Origin: a virus
Virus record (IMG/VR): IMGVR_UViG_2903506739_000001
Location: 3,696-67,695 of that record
DNA length: 64,000 nucleotides
Reading direction: 5' to 3' (one strand)
The position numbers were made by a program, and so were the translations under genes. Under the pieces are notes generated by a model that saw only the letters and a program-made list of their open reading frames with translations, searched no databases and was not told where the DNA came from. Shown here one piece after another: positions 62,190-64,000 of this stretch. Each line of letters starts with the position of its first letter. Positions within the stretch are counted from its first letter, which is position 1.

Positions 62190-64000
62190 AAGCCCGTACC
62201 TCGACCTCCTTGAGCGCATCGGACTCAACAGCCGGTTCGACGGACGGTTGAAAAAAGCTGATTGGGAAGTCCGTGACGTGACAGTGCCGGAAGCCCGTCC
62301 ACTGGTGGCGCAGCATCACTACGCCAAGGGGGCGTCGAAGACCGCCGTCTATCTGCACGGCCTGTTCCGCAAGGGCTCTGACGAGCTTCTCGGCGTCGCC
62401 TGGTGGCTGCCACCGACACGCGTGGCCTGTGAGAGCGTCAACAAGGAAGAGTGGACCAAGGTTCTGGCGCTCAGCCGCCTTGTGTTGCATCCGGACTGCC
62501 CGAAGAACGCGGCCTCCTTCCTGCTCGGGCGCTCGATCCGGAAGATCAGGCAGGACGCGCGCTTCGTCTCGCTGGTGACTTACGCCGACGAAAGCCAGGC
62601 GCACCGCGGCGACATCTACCGGGTCACCAACTGGACCTATGTCGGGCGCACTGGCCCCTACCCGCGCTGGATTGATCCGTCGAGTGGGCGCCAGGTGGCA
62701 GCGCTGGCAACCAAGACGCGGTCGAACGCTCAGATGCGCGAGCTCGGCCATGTGCTAGACGGGCGGTTCTTCAAGCACAAGTTCGTCATGCATCTCACGA
62801 AGCCCGTCGCCAAGGAACCGGCTTCGCCCTATCTGGCGCTGCTCGAGCAGCTTGGCCTTGTCACCGCGGCGAACGACAACGCGCCGCTGCCGGCCAACGA
62901 CAATCCCGGCTCGCTTCGTCCGCGGTCGATGATGCGCTCGTATCAGCGCTATTTGTCGGACTGCATCTACACGATGCCAGCGCTTCTCGGTGCCGCTGAC
63001 ATGGGCTTGGGCAAGACGGGGGCAACACTCGACGGCGTCAAGCGGCTCCTGGACGACGACCCCACATGGCGATGCCTGATCGTCGCTCCGCTCGAAGTCG
63101 TGAACAATACTTGGCCCACGGAGATCGGCGAGTGGGAGCATCTCAAGGGCCTCACCTACACCGTCGTTACCGGCAGCGAGGCCGAACGCAAGGCGGCTCT
63201 CAAGGTCGATGCCCAACTGACGCTGATCAATCGCGAGAACCTTCAGTGGCTCTGGAAGACGATCGGCGGCGCCATCGGCTGGCGATGGCACATTCTCGTC
63301 TACGACGAGTCCTCGCGGCTAAAGGGCTTCGTCCGTCACACGCCGGCCGTCAAATACAAGGACGGCAAGAAGATCAAGGTGAAGCCACAACTCACCGAAT
63401 TCGGTGTTCTCGCGCAGGCCCGCAAACTGATCAAACGGGTGGTCGAACTGTCTGGCACGCCGTCGCCGAACGGCGTGATCGACCTCGGCGGCCAGGCGTT
63501 CATCCTAGACATGGGCGAGCGGCTCGAGCCCACTCGGGCAGCTTTCCTCGATCGCTGGTTCGACGAGAACCAGTATTCACGCGAGATCAAGCCAAAGCCT
63601 GGCGCCGAGGTTGCGATCATGGGTCGGCTGAAGGACGTGATGATCGGCCTTCGGGCGGAAGACTACATTGATCTGCCGCCGCGGCACTTCAACATCATCA
63701 AGGTCAAACTGCCGCCAAAGATCATGCGGGAGTACCGCGATTTCGAAAAGAAGATGGTGGCTGAGCCCTACGACGTCGAGGCCCTGTCGCGCGGCGTGCT
63801 CGTCAACAAGCTGCTGCAGTTCGCCAACGGAGGGCTGTATCGCAGCGACCCTGACGTTTGGCCTGCCGTGCGCGAGACGGTGGCGGTACACGACTGCAAA
63901 CTGAAGGCGCTCGAGCGGATTGTCGAGGAAGCGGCCGGGCAGCCGGTACTCATCGCCTACAGCTTCCAGTTCGACAAGGAGCGCATCAGGAAGAAGTTCC
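62167..64000 (+). CDS. GNAT-like (possibly Mom-like DNA-modification) N-terminal domain fused to SNF2-family helicase; 3'-partial (runs off the window), absent from the ORF track
   Basis: Manual translation from the ATG at 62167 gives ≥611 codons with no stop. N-terminal region: …VAQHHYAKGASKTAVYLHGLF…LLGRSIRKI…. From ~62.93 kb: SNF2 motifs GLGKTG (Walker A) and VYDES (DExx). Confidence 0.6.
   Translation, partial: MAVLSSIESPYLDLLERIGLNSRFDGRLKKADWEVRDVTVPEARPLVAQHHYAKGASKTAVYLHGLFRKGSDELLGVAWWLPPTRVACESVNKEEWTKVLALSRLVLHPDCPKNAASFLLGRSIRKIRQDARFVSLVTYADESQAHRGDIYRVTNWTYVGRTGPYPRWIDPSSGRQVAALATKTRSNAQMRELGHVLDGRFFKHKFVMHLTKPVAKEPASPYLALLEQLGLVTAANDNAPLPANDNPGSLRPRSMMRSYQRYLSDCIYTMPALLGAADMGLGKTGATLDGVKRLLDDDPTWRCLIVAPLEVVNNTWPTEIGEWEHLKGLTYTVVTGSEAERKAALKVDAQLTLINRENLQWLWKTIGGAIGWRWHILVYDESSRLKGFVRHTPAVKYKDGKKIKVKPQLTEFGVLAQARKLIKRVVELSGTPSPNGVIDLGGQAFILDMGERLEPTRAAFLDRWFDENQYSREIKPKPGAEVAIMGRLKDVMIGLRAEDYIDLPPRHFNIIKVKLPPKIMREYRDFEKKMVAEPYDVEALSRGVLVNKLLQFANGGLYRSDPDVWPAVRETVAVHDCKLKALERIVEEAAGQPVLIAYSFQFDKERIRKKF

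Noticed and set aside
54542-64000. Zorya-type defence system (MotA-like ZorA + MotB-like ZorB + downstream SNF2/nuclease genes)
   Set aside because: The MotA-like protein is ExbB/TolQ-sized (210 aa) and lacks the long ZorA tail. The partner lacks an OmpA-type peptidoglycan-binding domain. The SNF2/VRR-NUC genes are separated from it by a canonical phage replication module (nuclease, SSB, polymerase, MTase).
1-64000. Integrase / excisionase / CI-type repressor and attachment sites
   Set aside because: No tyrosine- or serine-recombinase-like ORF or peptidase-S24 repressor was recognised on either strand. Lysogeny functions, if any, lie outside this window, so prophage status cannot be concluded.

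Overview
The whole 64 kb window reads as one tailed-phage (siphovirus-like) genome or prophage segment from a high-GC (~62%) alphaproteobacterial host. The host inference rests on the GapR/DUF2312 homolog, the DUF982-like gene and the GTA-like distal tail genes.

Layout:
- 1-21.2 kb (+): a lambda-ordered morphogenesis module. Portal, S49 protease/scaffold, decoration protein, gpE-family major capsid, FI/FII/Z/U-position genes, major tail, G/GT chaperone with a -1 frameshift site, a 1661-aa tape measure with an internal lytic-transglycosylase domain, GTA-like distal tail/hub proteins, a 977-aa host-specificity protein and two fibre proteins.
- 21.2-22.4 kb (-): a lower-GC PAP2 membrane phosphatase moron.
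- 22.5-24.5 kb (+): lysis cassette with a SAR-type GH24 endolysin and overlapping spanins.
- 24.5-27.2 kb (+): an HTH-metallophosphoesterase fusion and small accessory genes.
- 27.2-53.4 kb (-): a long leftward early/accessory region of about 45 mostly small ORFs. It includes two DNA methyltransferases, a GapR-like protein, an SPFH protein, a ParB-like nuclease, MazG, dCMP deaminase, a sulfotransferase-fold protein, a P-loop NTPase, a primase-helicase and a Cro-like HTH. An ~850 bp non-coding iteron plus AT-rich block (47.46-48.3 kb) is the probable replication origin.
- 53.5-64 kb (+): rightward replication module. MotA/ExbB-like plus ExbD-like membrane proteins, DUF2800 Cas4-like nuclease, gp2.5-like SSB, family A DNA polymerase, a frame-disrupted C5-cytosine methyltransferase, VRR-NUC, and an unlisted GNAT-like/SNF2 helicase ORF that runs off the window end.

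No integrase, rRNA or CRISPR array was found. Only a tRNA-like 3' fragment is present.

Hunt highlights:
- A C-terminal F-x-[DE]-L-L-G-COOH peptide recurs on at least five unrelated proteins, including two of the three methyltransferases, and is encoded by different codons each time.
- A 15-bp palindromic operator TCAAC-N5-GTTGA sits upstream of at least nine early genes.
- The phage carries a MotA/ExbB-ExbD-like module.
- A possible nucleotide-modification cluster lies at 35.3-37.5 kb.
- Three DNA methyltransferases are present.

Coordinates for features not taken from the ORF track may be off by 1 nt.
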